Positions 28,984-39,455 are shown, counted from the stretch's first letter. The stretch is 64,000 nucleotides of DNA from Rikenellaceae bacterium (GCA_047172505.1 JBCQWE010000007.1:5198-69197), one strand, 5' to 3'. The notes: generated by a model from the letters alone, not told the origin. A program made the numbers and translations.

Positions 28984-30543
28984 TTAGTCGGCAAGGTGGT
29001 TGCGCTTGCGGACGCGATAAACCATAAAGTTAAGTAGCGAGAGAATCGCCATGAAAATTGCAATTCGAGCTATGTAGTCGCCGTGGCGGGTGTAGAAAGT
29101 GATCTGCGAATTTAGGGGGATGGTCTGGGTCAAGACTCCCCTTTGGTCCCAACCCAAAGTTTCGAGTTTGTCGCCGCGCGCAGAGATGAAACCCGAGATT
29201 CCCGTGTTGGCACTTCGAGCAATTGCTCGGCGGTGCTCCACAGCGCGCAGTGCCGACATCGAGAAGAGGTGGCGGTAGCCTGGGGTGTTGTCCCACCAAC
29301 AATCGTTCGAAATTACAAACATCGCCTCGGCACCATTGTTGACAAATTCGCCGTAGTAGGCTCCGTAGAGCGCCTCGTAGCAGATCGCAGCGCCCACCTT
29401 GGCCGTAGGATCGTCGAAGACAACTCGCTCCTCACCCCTGCCCAACTGTCCGAGGCTGCCCCCGAGGTCGATTATCAGCGACTCGAAAGATTTGAAGAGC
29501 CAGATAAATGGTACGCTCTCTGTGCCAACCACCAACTTTGCTTTATGGTGCAGTTTCGCCTCCCCCTCCCTAGGGATGTATATCGCCGAATTGTAGATGT
29601 CGTAGTATTGATTCGACCGCTTGCGAGCTGTTGCACTCTGCTCACCCGCGGCGTAGTAACGCACGCTCGACACCCCCGAGATCACAGAGGCCTCGCTGCC
29701 CTGCTGCCCAACAACCTCGCGCAGCCCATGCACCGTTTGCGAGCGCGCCACATTGTCCAAATAGACAAATTCGGGAATCGCACACTCGGGCATAACTATA
29801 AAATCGGCATCGGTGGGAGCCTGCGAGGCTAGGGCTAACAGGTTCTGCTCCTGCTCCTTATCGCCAGGGTGGTCGGGTCTTAGGAAGTGAATATTGGGCT
29901 GCACCACGCTCACCTTGATCTGCCCTTGCGAGGGCTGCTCGTAAGTGAGGTAGATCGCCAGCGAGATTAAAAGAGGCGCCACAGCCACCGTCGCCGCCGC
30001 AATAATTTTAGAATTGCGCCTATCTCGCCAAGCCTCGTAGATCAAAATATTGGAGAGCAAAACCCACAACGAACCCCCAAAGAGCCCCGTGTATTCGTAC
30101 CACTGAATCGCCCAGATGTCCGCCGAGAAGCCATTACCCAGAAGTAGCCATGGCCACGAGAGCGATGAGCAGGTGTACCAATACTCCAAAGCTATCCATA
30201 GCGCAATAAGGAGGGTGTAGCTCAGCGGTTTACCCATCTTTTTCGACACCGTGTGAAAGGTCATAAAGGCGATCATCGAGAGCGTCGACGAGACTATGGT
30301 CGCAGCAACAGGGCCCACAGGAGTGGCATTCCAGATCCACCACACCGTGGCTACGTTCCACAAAATAAAGGTCGAGAGCGCAAACCAAAATGTGCTCCAC
30401 CACCCTCGGCGCGAATCCTCGGCCGCGCCACTCACCCAGAGCAGTGGCACAAGAGCCACAAGTAGCGGCAAACCGCTAACACTCAGCCACCCAAGCGACA
30501 ATAAAACCACAGATAGCACCAACGCTATAATTTTTCGATTCAT
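28984..30543 (-). CDS. lnt: Apolipoprotein N-acyltransferase
   Basis: N-terminal TMs, VQPN, PE, HKAKLV, ICYE, ISNDCWW, RAVEHRR, RSANTGIS. Confidence 0.93.
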   Translation of the reverse strand: MNRKIIALVLSVVLLSLGWLSVSGLPLLVALVPLLWVSGAAEDSRRGWWSTFWFALSTFILWNVATVWWIWNATPVGPVAATIVSSTLSMIAFMTFHTVSKKMGKPLSYTLLIALWIALEYWYTCSSLSWPWLLLGNGFSADIWAIQWYEYTGLFGGSLWVLLSNILIYEAWRDRRNSKIIAAATVAVAPLLISLAIYLTYEQPSQGQIKVSVVQPNIHFLRPDHPGDKEQEQNLLALASQAPTDADFIVMPECAIPEFVYLDNVARSQTVHGLREVVGQQGSEASVISGVSSVRYYAAGEQSATARKRSNQYYDIYNSAIYIPREGEAKLHHKAKLVVGTESVPFIWLFKSFESLIIDLGGSLGQLGRGEERVVFDDPTAKVGAAICYEALYGAYYGEFVNNGAEAMFVISNDCWWDNTPGYRHLFSMSALRAVEHRRAIARSANTGISGFISARGDKLETLGWDQRGVLTQTIPLNSQITFYTRHGDYIARIAIFMAILSLLNFMVYRVRKRNHLAD

Positions 30544-30632
30544 GATAATTCCATTTTTTTAGATTCCCCCAACAGCGAGAATATAACATGCAAACTTACA
30601 CAAAAAAAACCAATTTTAAGTAATAAATTGTG

Positions 30633-30887
30633 TGAAAAATCTCGCTTGCTTTCCGCCCTTTTTTACTGACCTTTCTCTCCGCCCTTTCTTACTGCCCTTG
30701 CAGCGGGCGGCCGCCAGGCTAGCCTGGACCCGAAACTTTCGTTTTTGACTTTTTGTTGCGCCTATGTGTGAGGCTTCGCCTTTGCGATATGTATACTATA
30801 ATGCCCTTTTGAAAATAAATTTTCAACGTTCATCATAGCATACACATCTATGCCAACCTATGGTTGTCATCACACATCTGCGAGGTT
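30633..30887 (-). repeat. Multi-hairpin dispersed repeat, family B, copy 2
   Basis: CCAGGCTAGCCTGG, TGTGTGAGGCTTCGCC, TGAAAATAAATTTTCA and GCCAACCTATGGTTGTC hairpins in the same order as the other copies. Confidence 0.85.
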
Positions 30888-30925
30888 GAAATCATCTATT
30901 TGACTGAGGGCTGGATATTACTTTT

Positions 30926-31147
30926 CGTCATTGCGGAGCCTTTTTTTGTTATTGCGGCTCGGAGGCCAATTGTGTCCAAAATAAGTATTTAAAGTGCTTG
31001 TATACAAATATTTAAAAACAAGAATCCCCCTAGAACTGATTTTCTTGATAATATTCCCCTTTTCGTCATTGCGGCCTACGAGCCGCAATCTCGAAAACGA
31101 TTGATAGACAGAGTAATAGAGATTGCGGCTCGTAGGCCGCAATGACG
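30926..31147. repeat. Degenerate REP halves (30926-30970) and an intact inverted REP doublet (31064-31147)
   Basis: CGTCATTGCGGCCTACGAGCCGCAATCTC...GAGATTGCGGCTCGTAGGCCGCAATGACG. Confidence 0.85.
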
Positions 31148-31176
31148 CACAGGCGGGTTAAATTGCATAGGTTTGA

Positions 31177-32202
31177 TTATTCAGTCGCCAAGCCATCGAT
31201 CCACTCGAAGATCAGGCGGTAGAGAGGGTAGCGCACCTGGGGTGTTGAGAGAACCAGGTCGTGCATGCCTCCCGCGACCTCCACTTGTGTTACGTTTGTG
31301 CCTAGCCCTGGGGCATATTTTTTTATGTCGGCCACGTCGAGAACCGCGTCGCCACTTTTATAGAGTTCGGGGGAGTACTCCTCGCCGATGGTTTTGTCGG
31401 AGTACATCACCAAAACGGGGCAGGGTATATCGAGTCCCGTTTGCAATTTGCGGTGTCCTTTGTGTATTGCGCGCAGCCACATTGCGGTGATGGGCAACGA
31501 CTCCACGCGCTTGAAGGTGGTGTCGAAGGGCCACTCGCCGTCGAACTTGTCGCTAATCGAGCGGCCGTAGCCACCTGGGGTGTCGCTTCCGCCCGAGACT
31601 CTCCAATTTTTAAATACTCCTCCCAGCGACGATATTACTGGCACGCAGAGATCCTCCATGAACCACCCGCCCAGGTTCATGTCGAAGAAGGGGCTGTTTA
31701 GAATAAGTGCCGAAATTTGTAGGTTGTCGCGGTTGTGGTGGCAGTAGAGCGATGTTGTGAGGCCTCCTGTGGAGTGTCCCATCAGGATTATCTCCTCGAT
31801 TCCCTGCTGGTGCATTAGCTCGATCGCGGCATCAATATCTTCGAAGTAGTCGTCGACAGAGCGCAGTGAAAAGGGGCTCTGCCACTCTCGCATCGAGCGG
31901 CCGTAGCGACGTAGGTCGACAGCGTAGAATTGCCAGTCGTGGTCGAAGAATTTCTCGGCCATCTCGCGCTGAAAGAAGTAGTCGTTGTAGCCATGCACGT
32001 AGAGCACCGCGCGGGTGGGGTGGACCCACTTTGTGGGTTTTAGGCGCACTACAGTGGTGACCACTGGGCCGTCGAAGTCGTCGGCAAGCTCGATCGTGAT
32101 TTTCTCGAAGTCGGGCCCTAGGGGGTCGGGCCCAAATTGGTTTTGCGCCACGGCTCCCCACGTGCACAAGAGCGCGCAGAGTGTGAGAATTAAACCTTTC
32201 AT
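31177..32202 (-). CDS. Exported alpha/beta hydrolase (lysophospholipase-like)
   Basis: Signal peptide, HGYNDY, DLRRYGRS, GHSTG nucleophile elbow, GMHDL. Confidence 0.88.
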   Translation of the reverse strand: MKGLILTLCALLCTWGAVAQNQFGPDPLGPDFEKITIELADDFDGPVVTTVVRLKPTKWVHPTRAVLYVHGYNDYFFQREMAEKFFDHDWQFYAVDLRRYGRSMREWQSPFSLRSVDDYFEDIDAAIELMHQQGIEEIILMGHSTGGLTTSLYCHHNRDNLQISALILNSPFFDMNLGGWFMEDLCVPVISSLGGVFKNWRVSGGSDTPGGYGRSISDKFDGEWPFDTTFKRVESLPITAMWLRAIHKGHRKLQTGLDIPCPVLVMYSDKTIGEEYSPELYKSGDAVLDVADIKKYAPGLGTNVTQVEVAGGMHDLVLSTPQVRYPLYRLIFEWIDGLATE

Positions 32203-32228
32203 TTTTCTATATTATGTATAAAAAGAGA

Positions 32229-34436
32229 CTATTTATGTGCTCTGTAGGCTTTCAAAACTCCTTTCACCCTAAGTATCGAGTGGATGAGAGTGTCGACAGT
32301 ACCCACGCTAGGTACCTCGACATTCACAGCGCCTACGGCACTTCCATCGCCTCGCGACGAGAGTGAAATGGAGCGCATGTTGAGCTTTAGGACCTTGCTA
32401 ATCACCTCGGTAATGAGGTTCACCATGCCTGGGCTATCCTTCACCACGATGTTGATCGTAACGCGGAAGGCACCCGAAGCCGAGGCGCGCCACGTGGCAT
32501 CGAGAACTCTGTAGGGGTAATTCTCGCGCAACCTCGCCGCATTGGGGCAGTCGGTGCGGTGGATGGTGATTCCTGTCGAGACCGTCACAAAACCAAAAAT
32601 ATCGTCGCCCTTGATGGGGTTGCAGCACTTTGCTAGTTTGTAGTCGAGGTTGTTGATGCTCTCGTCGATTATCAGTGCATCGCTCGACTTAGGCTCCTCG
32701 CGCTGTGCGGAGCTTATCTTCTTGGCACGCTCCTGCTCCAAGGCTGCGGCTGCGGCGCGGCGCTCCTCGTCGGCTTCGCCCGAGATGAGTTTTTGTAGAA
32801 TCTCCTTAATTGCTGCAATATCAATCTTTTGGGTCGCTATAAGTTCGTAAAGTTCCATGCCCGTGCGCTGCTTGTAGAACTTGCAGAGGTAGGCCACGGC
32901 ATCGTCCATCGAGATGTTGAGCTTCCAATTTTTGATCTTACGTTCGAGCTCCTCGCGACCGATGCGTGCATTTTTTGCCTGCTCCTCGCGCAAGAAACCT
33001 TTGATTTTGTTGCGAGCTTTAGATGTCACCACCACGTTGAGCCAATCCGATTTTGGGGTTTGGTTCTTCTGGGTGAATACCTCGACAATATCGCCATTTT
33101 TGAGCGTTTCGCGGATCGAGGCCGAGCGGTTGTTGATTTTACCTCCAACGCATGTGGAGCCCACATTGGTGTGAATATCGAACGCGAAGTCGAGCAGGGT
33201 AGCTCCCTCGCGCAATTTGCGGATGTCGCCGTTGGGGGTGAAAACGAAGATCTCCTCCGAGGTGATCTCGGCATCGAAACGGTCGGCAATTGATTCGGTG
33301 GTCGCCTCCATCAATTCGCGAAGTCGGCTCAACCACATCTCCGAGGTCTGTGCTCCTCCGCTCACACCTTTGTAGCGCCAGTGGGCTGCGATACCGCGCT
33401 CGGCCACAGCATCCATGCGCTCGGTGCGGATCTGCACCTCGACCCACTTGCCTGCTGCCGAGACAGTTGCGTGCAACGACTCGTAGCCGTTGGATTTAGG
33501 GATCGAGACCCAATCGCGCATGCGTTTAGGGTTGGGGGTGTAACAATCGCTCACGATCGAGTAGGCTAGCCAGCACTGCTGCTTGTCGAACTCTGGGGGG
33601 CAATCGATGATAATTCGTATGGCGAAGATGTCGTAGACACCCTCGAAAGGAACCTGCTGCTTGTGCATCTTGGTCCAGATCGAGAAAACGGATTTGGTGC
33701 GGCTTTTAAGGTGGTATTTCATCCCTGCTTTATCCATCCGCTCGGTTAGCGGCTCGATAAATTTGGCGATGAAGAGTTTGCGCTCCGCCTCGCTTTCGGC
33801 CAATTTGGTGACTATGAGTTTGTGCTCTTCGGGCTCCAAGTAGCTTAGGGCTATATCTTCGAGCTCCGATTTGATGTTGTAGAGACCCAGTTTGTGGGCA
33901 ATTTGAGCGTAGAGGTTGACCGACTCCCAACTCTTTTTGGTCCATTTATCCTCGGGGAAGATGCTCAAGTTGCGCATCACTTCGAGCCTATCGGCCAATT
34001 TTATTAGGATCACACGCGGGTCCGACGAGTAGGAGATGATCATATCGCGGAAATTTGCCGCCTGCTCGCCATCGGTCTTAAGCTCGATGTCCGAAATATT
34101 CGAGAGGCTCAAAGCCACAAGCAGCGCCTCTTGACCAAATGTTTCACCTATATATGTATGTATAGCGGCACGTTCGCCCTCATCCTTTTTGTGGGAGAGC
34201 CTAATAACGTCGTGGAGGATCGCGGCGATCGAGGAGTTGCGCCCCAGGCCGATCTCTTCGATGACGATATGTGCCACACCCACAGCGTGATCGAGCATTG
34301 GCGAACCGTCGTAACGACTCTCTGCTGCCAGATTCTCCGCGGCGTAGCAGAGCGCTCTATCGACTAGCTTTTGGCTGCCAACAGAGAAGTTTGCCTTGAC
34401 AAGGCTCCTAAATTTTTCGTAACGACTTAAAACCAT
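32229..34436 (-). CDS. Long RelA/SpoT homologue, (p)ppGpp synthetase
   Basis: IAHKLGL, DIFAIR, PKSNGYESLH, EVQIRT, AAHWRYK, TGS (DFAFDIH), CCNP, ACT; start moved to ATG 34436. Confidence 0.93.
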   Translation of the reverse strand: MVLSRYEKFRSLVKANFSVGSQKLVDRALCYAAENLAAESRYDGSPMLDHAVGVAHIVIEEIGLGRNSSIAAILHDVIRLSHKKDEGERAAIHTYIGETFGQEALLVALSLSNISDIELKTDGEQAANFRDMIISYSSDPRVILIKLADRLEVMRNLSIFPEDKWTKKSWESVNLYAQIAHKLGLYNIKSELEDIALSYLEPEEHKLIVTKLAESEAERKLFIAKFIEPLTERMDKAGMKYHLKSRTKSVFSIWTKMHKQQVPFEGVYDIFAIRIIIDCPPEFDKQQCWLAYSIVSDCYTPNPKRMRDWVSIPKSNGYESLHATVSAAGKWVEVQIRTERMDAVAERGIAAHWRYKGVSGGAQTSEMWLSRLRELMEATTESIADRFDAEITSEEIFVFTPNGDIRKLREGATLLDFAFDIHTNVGSTCVGGKINNRSASIRETLKNGDIVEVFTQKNQTPKSDWLNVVVTSKARNKIKGFLREEQAKNARIGREELERKIKNWKLNISMDDAVAYLCKFYKQRTGMELYELIATQKIDIAAIKEILQKLISGEADEERRAAAAALEQERAKKISSAQREEPKSSDALIIDESINNLDYKLAKCCNPIKGDDIFGFVTVSTGITIHRTDCPNAARLRENYPYRVLDATWRASASGAFRVTINIVVKDSPGMVNLITEVISKVLKLNMRSISLSSRGDGSAVGAVNVEVPSVGTVDTLIHSILRVKGVLKAYRAHK

Positions 34437-34524
34437 AATGTCCAAAGATAGTGATTTTTTTATTCTCCGATGCTTTTGTAACAGTTTTTTTACTACTTTT
34501 GAGAAGTTAAACAACGTTTCGATC

Positions 34525-35163
34525 ATGAAAAATTACATCTCAACAATCGGCGAGGAGATCGGAAATTCGGTGTCACACGGTGTGATGTCGCTCGTCTCGC
34601 TCTGCCTAATCCCCCTAGTAGCAGTCAATTCCTACATCAAGGCGGGAGCCTTGGCGGCAGCTAGCGTAAGTGTTTTTGCCATCTCGATCTTCCTTATGTT
34701 TCTCTGCTCGACCCTCTACCATTCGATGTATCCAGGGTCGAAGCACAAGAAGGTGTTCCAAATTTTAGACCATATATTTATATATATAGCCATCGCGGGC
34801 ACCTATACCCCCATCGCCCTATGTGTGATCGGAGGGTGGCAAGGGATCTTTATCACCATCTTGCAGTGGTCGATGGTGCTTTTTGGAATATTTTACAAAT
34901 CGCTCGCGCGGCGGTCGATTCCCGCGATTAGTCTTACGATCTATCTGGTGATGGGGTGGACCATCGTATTTTTCGGTCCTCTATTCTGGCGCAGCGCCTC
35001 GATCCCACTTATGGCCTTGATCCTCGCGGGTGGCATCTTCTACACCATTGGAGCCTACTTCTACGCCAAGAAGGGATTCAAATACCACCACCTGGTGTGG
35101 CACCTCTTCATCAACCTTGCCATGGCGTGCCACTACGTAGCTATCGCTTGCTTCTTGTTTTAG
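34525..35163 (+). CDS. Hemolysin III / PAQR family membrane protein (TrhA-like)
   Basis: EEIGNSVSHG, STLYHS, LDHIFIYIAIAGTYTP, HLVWHLF. Confidence 0.92.
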   Translation: MKNYISTIGEEIGNSVSHGVMSLVSLCLIPLVAVNSYIKAGALAAASVSVFAISIFLMFLCSTLYHSMYPGSKHKKVFQILDHIFIYIAIAGTYTPIALCVIGGWQGIFITILQWSMVLFGIFYKSLARRSIPAISLTIYLVMGWTIVFFGPLFWRSASIPLMALILAGGIFYTIGAYFYAKKGFKYHHLVWHLFINLAMACHYVAIACFLF

Positions 35164-35310
35164 AGGAGAGGTGTAGCCTTCGATGTTGCCAATTTTCAAG
35201 TTTTAGTAGTGTTATTTTGTAAATATATTGAAAAACTCGATCTCGGGTAGATCACTTCACCATATAATTACTACCTTTGTCTAAACTTGAAAATGCTAAA
35301 AACAAGCTCA

Positions 35311-37758
35311 ATGAGAAGATTCGCACAACTTATACTCGGCGTAGCAGCTCTCTTTGCTACGACTACCGCCCACTCGCAAGAGATCACCGACCCCTACACG
35401 ACCCACCTGCTTGAGAAGATGACAGGTTACTACGATCGGGGAATCGACGAAAAATTATATCTCCAACTCGACAAGCCTTACTACAGTGCTGGCGAGCAGA
35501 TCTGGTTTAAGGGCTACCTGCTCAATGCAATTACCCATGGGCCACTCAAGTTCTCCAACTTCATCTACGTCGAACTTATCAAAGGCGAAAAGGAGCTGGT
35601 GTCGAGGGTGAAAGTCAAACGCGACAGCACAGGTTTCAACGGTTATATGGCGCTCGATGCGCAACTCACCGAGGGCGACTACACCCTGCGAGGCTACACA
35701 CGTTGGATGCTCAACAAGGAAGAAGATTTTCTCTTTAGCCGCGCGCTGAAGATCATTAGCCCTATCCCCGCAACGGCCCTGGCGCCCGCCGAGCAGCCCA
35801 CGAAAAGCGACAAGAAAAAGCAAGAGGAGCAGAATTTAACCCCGCAAGCAGCAACCCCGCTTAACTACGACCTTCAATTCTTCCCCGAGGGTGGAGCGCT
35901 CCTGGCGGGAGTCTCGCAGATCGTCGCTTTTAAAGCTATCGGCGAAGATGGCCTATCGGTCGAGGTAAGTGGTGCTGTTTATAATGCTCAGGGTGAGTTT
36001 CTTAGCGAATTTAGATCGACACACAAAGGAATGGGCATATTGAGTATTTTCGCCAACCAGGGCGACAAATATTATGCAATGGTTAAAACCGAGGAGGGGC
36101 TGGAGCGCCGTTTCGACCTGCCCGCCGTGGAGGCTCAGGGTGCTATCATCACTGCCCGCAAAGTCAAAGATCGCCTTATGTATAAGGTGGCTTCGACAGA
36201 CGAGCAGCTCACCAAAGGGTCGCACGTTGTGGTGAGCTCCCACGGACGAGTGGTCTCTATTGGAAGTGTCGACCTCTCGGATTCGGCAAGCGTTCCGATG
36301 AGTCAACTCTTCGAGGGTGTCAACATCCTCTCGCTAGTCGATGCTGCGGGCTCGGTGATTTCGGAGCGCCTAGTTTTTAAATTCTCCGACACCACCCCCA
36401 CGCTCAGCGTGACTACCGACAAAGAAAATTATGCGAGCCGCCAAAAGGCAAAGGTGAGCGTAAAGATCCTCGACAGCTTCGGCGAAGGGGCGAAGGGCGA
36501 ATTTGGAGTCTCGGTTACCGACAATAGCGCCGTGGAGTTCAATAGCGCCGATGGTAATATCGTCTCATATCTGCTGCTTACATCCGATCTTAAGGGCCAC
36601 ATCGAAGCCCCAGGGCTCTACTTTAGTGGCGATGCGGTGAGCGACGAGTACAACATCGACCTATTGATGCGCACCCAAGGCTGGCGACGTTTCGACCTCG
36701 GCGGTATCCTGGCCGAGCAGCTGCCCGCAACCAAATACAACTACGAGGATGTTGCCCAGATCTCGGGCGAGGTGAAAGGCTTCTTTGGTAACGCTGCACG
36801 CCAACCCAAGATTTACGTTTTGAGCGCTCAGCGCAACTATATGGATGTCTTTGATCTCGACCTTTCGAATAAGTTTGTGTTGAGAGGCCTCGACATCCCC
36901 GACAGCACAATTTATGTGATCCAGGCACGAGGTCGCAAGGGAGGTAACAGCCTGACGCTCAACATCAACCCCGAGGTGTTCCCCGCGGTGCAGCCTGCTA
37001 TCTATCCTCGCAAAAAGAGTCTGGAGGCCTACGTGCCCATCGCTTTTGTTAATCAAAGTCAAGACAAATTCTACTACGATGGAGGTATGAGCCTCATAGA
37101 TATGGATGCGGTGTATGTCACCCTCGAAAAAGGCGACGTGGAGTCGAGCACAAGCTCTAGCTTCTCGACACGCTCATCCTCGCGCGAGGAGCTGGAGCTA
37201 ATGTCGGGATTCACCCTGCCCAACATCATCAGAACATTTCCGAGTATGACCGTGAGCGACGAGGGTGTTTCGTATAGAGGAAATTCGAAGTATGCGAAAT
37301 TTGTGGTCGACGACATGGAGATGGACTTCTTGGATATTTCCTACCTCTCGGCAAGCGAGATAGAGACCATAGATTTCTTGGATAGCACCGAAGCATCGAT
37401 GTATAGCGATGCGGCAGGTGGTGTCTTTGTGGTGAAGCTGCGCGATGGAGCTAGCGCAACGGCAGGTTCGCCAACCCCTCCAGGCATCGCGACAGTGGAA
37501 CAGCTAGGCTACCAGCGCCCAATGTCGTTCTACCAGCCACGTTACAATGTCCCCGCACTAAAGGAGAACCTACCCCCAGACTATAGAACAACAATCTTCT
37601 GGGATGGATCGCTCGAACCCGACGCAGAGGGCAACATCTCCTTCGAATTCTACACCGCCGACAAAGCCACAAACTACACGGTGACCATCGAAGGCGTGAC
37701 CACCGACGGCGAAATCTGCCATAGTGCAACGACTATTAGTCGGAATGCTATTCGTTAG
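35311..37758 (+). CDS. Exported MG2-like-domain protein with plug-like region, function unknown
   Basis: Signal peptide, EKLYLQLDKPYYSAGEQIWF, LQFFPEGG, YLLLTSDLKG, LLMRTQGWRRF, DYRTTIFW; -7 box TACCTTTG at 35272-35279. Confidence 0.75.
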   Translation: MRRFAQLILGVAALFATTTAHSQEITDPYTTHLLEKMTGYYDRGIDEKLYLQLDKPYYSAGEQIWFKGYLLNAITHGPLKFSNFIYVELIKGEKELVSRVKVKRDSTGFNGYMALDAQLTEGDYTLRGYTRWMLNKEEDFLFSRALKIISPIPATALAPAEQPTKSDKKKQEEQNLTPQAATPLNYDLQFFPEGGALLAGVSQIVAFKAIGEDGLSVEVSGAVYNAQGEFLSEFRSTHKGMGILSIFANQGDKYYAMVKTEEGLERRFDLPAVEAQGAIITARKVKDRLMYKVASTDEQLTKGSHVVVSSHGRVVSIGSVDLSDSASVPMSQLFEGVNILSLVDAAGSVISERLVFKFSDTTPTLSVTTDKENYASRQKAKVSVKILDSFGEGAKGEFGVSVTDNSAVEFNSADGNIVSYLLLTSDLKGHIEAPGLYFSGDAVSDEYNIDLLMRTQGWRRFDLGGILAEQLPATKYNYEDVAQISGEVKGFFGNAARQPKIYVLSAQRNYMDVFDLDLSNKFVLRGLDIPDSTIYVIQARGRKGGNSLTLNINPEVFPAVQPAIYPRKKSLEAYVPIAFVNQSQDKFYYDGGMSLIDMDAVYVTLEKGDVESSTSSSFSTRSSSREELELMSGFTLPNIIRTFPSMTVSDEGVSYRGNSKYAKFVVDDMEMDFLDISYLSASEIETIDFLDSTEASMYSDAAGGVFVVKLRDGASATAGSPTPPGIATVEQLGYQRPMSFYQPRYNVPALKENLPPDYRTTIFWDGSLEPDAEGNISFEFYTADKATNYTVTIEGVTTDGEICHSATTISRNAIR

Positions 37759-38147
37759 GGGTTGTGAATTTTCTGAGAATTTTCTGAGAATCTCTGAGAC
37801 TTTTCTGAGTCCTTTGTAACTCTTAGAGCAAAGCTCTAAGCCCAATAATCGCAAAAACTAATAACCCTATGCCGAAGGCATACCGCCCGAACTCCCCTCC
37901 TACTAGGGAGGTGCCCGACCGCAGGGAGGAATAGCGCCGAGCGAGGAGGGGTCGGGGGTGGTGGTCGAATATAATCGCCTTATTATTAAGAATTTATGTA
38001 GCCAATTACTGCTACTCGATATTGGGTTCAAGCGCCTGAAAGGTGTTTGAAAAAGTATAACCTTTAATGCTTTGGCAAAGTTTACTTTATGCCAAAGTGT
38101 CAAAGGTTATACTCTTAGAGCAAAGCTCTAAGCCCAATAATCGCAAA
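37759..38147 (+). repeat. Modular repeat family C, left copy
   Basis: CTGAG array at about 11-nt period; identical 37-bp direct repeats at 37819-37855 and 38111-38147; CCCCTCC...GGAGGGGTCGGGGGTGG core. Confidence 0.85.
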
Positions 38148-38251
38148 GCTTTAAGCTATTTTAGCATGTGAAAAAAGCGTTTAACGCAAGAAGATATTGA
38201 AATTCGCAATTTATTCGTATCTTTGTCCTCAACAACATATATTATCGAATC

Positions 38252-39130
38252 ATGGAGTACACAAATCTACTAGGCAGTTATACCCCAGCTGCGACAGAGG
38301 CGCAAGTGGAGGCGCAAGTGGCACAAATAAAGGCGCTTTCGCAGCGCAATCACACTGTGGATGTTTACAAATTTTGCTTCTCGGCAATTGATCTCACCAC
38401 GCTTTCGTGTAGTGATTCCGAGGAGTCGGTGCGTGCCTTTGCGACAAAGTGTGTAGATTTCTATCAACAATATCCTCACATTCCCAACGTGGCTTCGATC
38501 TGCGTTTACCCCTCGTTTGTCGAGACCGTAGGTCTTGTTGTGGATGGCACTCCTATGCGCATCACGAGTGTTGCTGCGGGCTTTCCCGCTTCGCAGACTT
38601 TCCTCGAAGTGAAGGTGTTGGAGACCGCTATGGCTATCGAGAGTGGTGCCGACGAGATCGACATCGTGATGAATGTAGGCATGGTGACCTCGGGTCAATA
38701 TGAACTTGCTGCTGCCGAGGTGGAGGTGATCCGTGCCGAGATGGATAGCGACACCACGCTCAAAGTCATCATCGAGAGTGGAGCTTTGAAAACACCAGAG
38801 TTTATCCGCGCAGCATCGCTTCTTTCGATCTTCGCAGGCACAGATTTCGTCAAGACATCCACAGGCAAGATCGACGTTGCTGCAACTCCCGAAGCGGCAG
38901 TTGTAATATGTCAAGCCATTAAGGATTACTACGTTGCCACAGGCAAACGCATCGGTTTCAAAGTCGCAGGAGGCGTTAAGACCCCTGCCGACGCTGCACT
39001 ATACTACACCATCGTCGAAGAGATCCTAGGCGCAGAGTGGCTCACTACCGACCTCTTCCGTATTGGCGCCTCGTCGGCCGCCAATAACCTTCTTTCGGCA
39101 ATCGAGGGGCATGATGTTGCTTATTATTAA
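38252..39130 (+). CDS. deoC: Deoxyribose-phosphate aldolase
   Basis: IDLTTL, GADEIDIV, LKVIIESG, FVKTSTGK, GFKVAGG, RIGASS; -7 box TATCTTTG at 38218-38225. Confidence 0.95.
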   Translation: MEYTNLLGSYTPAATEAQVEAQVAQIKALSQRNHTVDVYKFCFSAIDLTTLSCSDSEESVRAFATKCVDFYQQYPHIPNVASICVYPSFVETVGLVVDGTPMRITSVAAGFPASQTFLEVKVLETAMAIESGADEIDIVMNVGMVTSGQYELAAAEVEVIRAEMDSDTTLKVIIESGALKTPEFIRAASLLSIFAGTDFVKTSTGKIDVAATPEAAVVICQAIKDYYVATGKRIGFKVAGGVKTPADAALYYTIVEEILGAEWLTTDLFRIGASSAANNLLSAIEGHDVAYY

Positions 39131-39133
39131 TGG

Positions 39134-39331
39134 CTAAATCTTTAAGCGAAGCGAAAGCCCAATAACGCAAAGAAAGAAAGTGCAAAAATATGCACCCGCG
39201 GTGGTGTATATATGCCCACCCGATATAGTTGCGTTGGGGTCATATTCGTCGGCTGGGGTCGATGTGCAGCTTACAGCACCCAGAAGTCCCGCCGAAATCA
39301 GTAGCGTTGAAAGTATCTCTTTGCGTTTCAT
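39134..39331 (-). pseudogene. 5' remnant of a lipoprotein gene ending in a family C terminal motif
   Basis: MKRK plus hydrophobic stretch plus AVSC lipobox, then ISGGHIYT; last codons are read through repeat DNA (TTGCGTTATTGGGCTT). Confidence 0.55.
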
Positions 39332-39455
39332 AATAGATTAGATTTTAGTTGTTTTTGGTATAGCTAAGGTAAAAACTAAAATCTGTTATGGCTACGCTTT
39401 TTTCGTAGATAACTGCAACAAAATAATAATGCGCTGAAAAACAGCGGCTAGCACC

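Noticed and set aside
37819-38147. Identical 37-bp direct repeats as CRISPR repeats or att sites
   Set aside because: Only two units 292 bp apart, and the motif recurs elsewhere as part of family C; no integrase or tRNA nearby.
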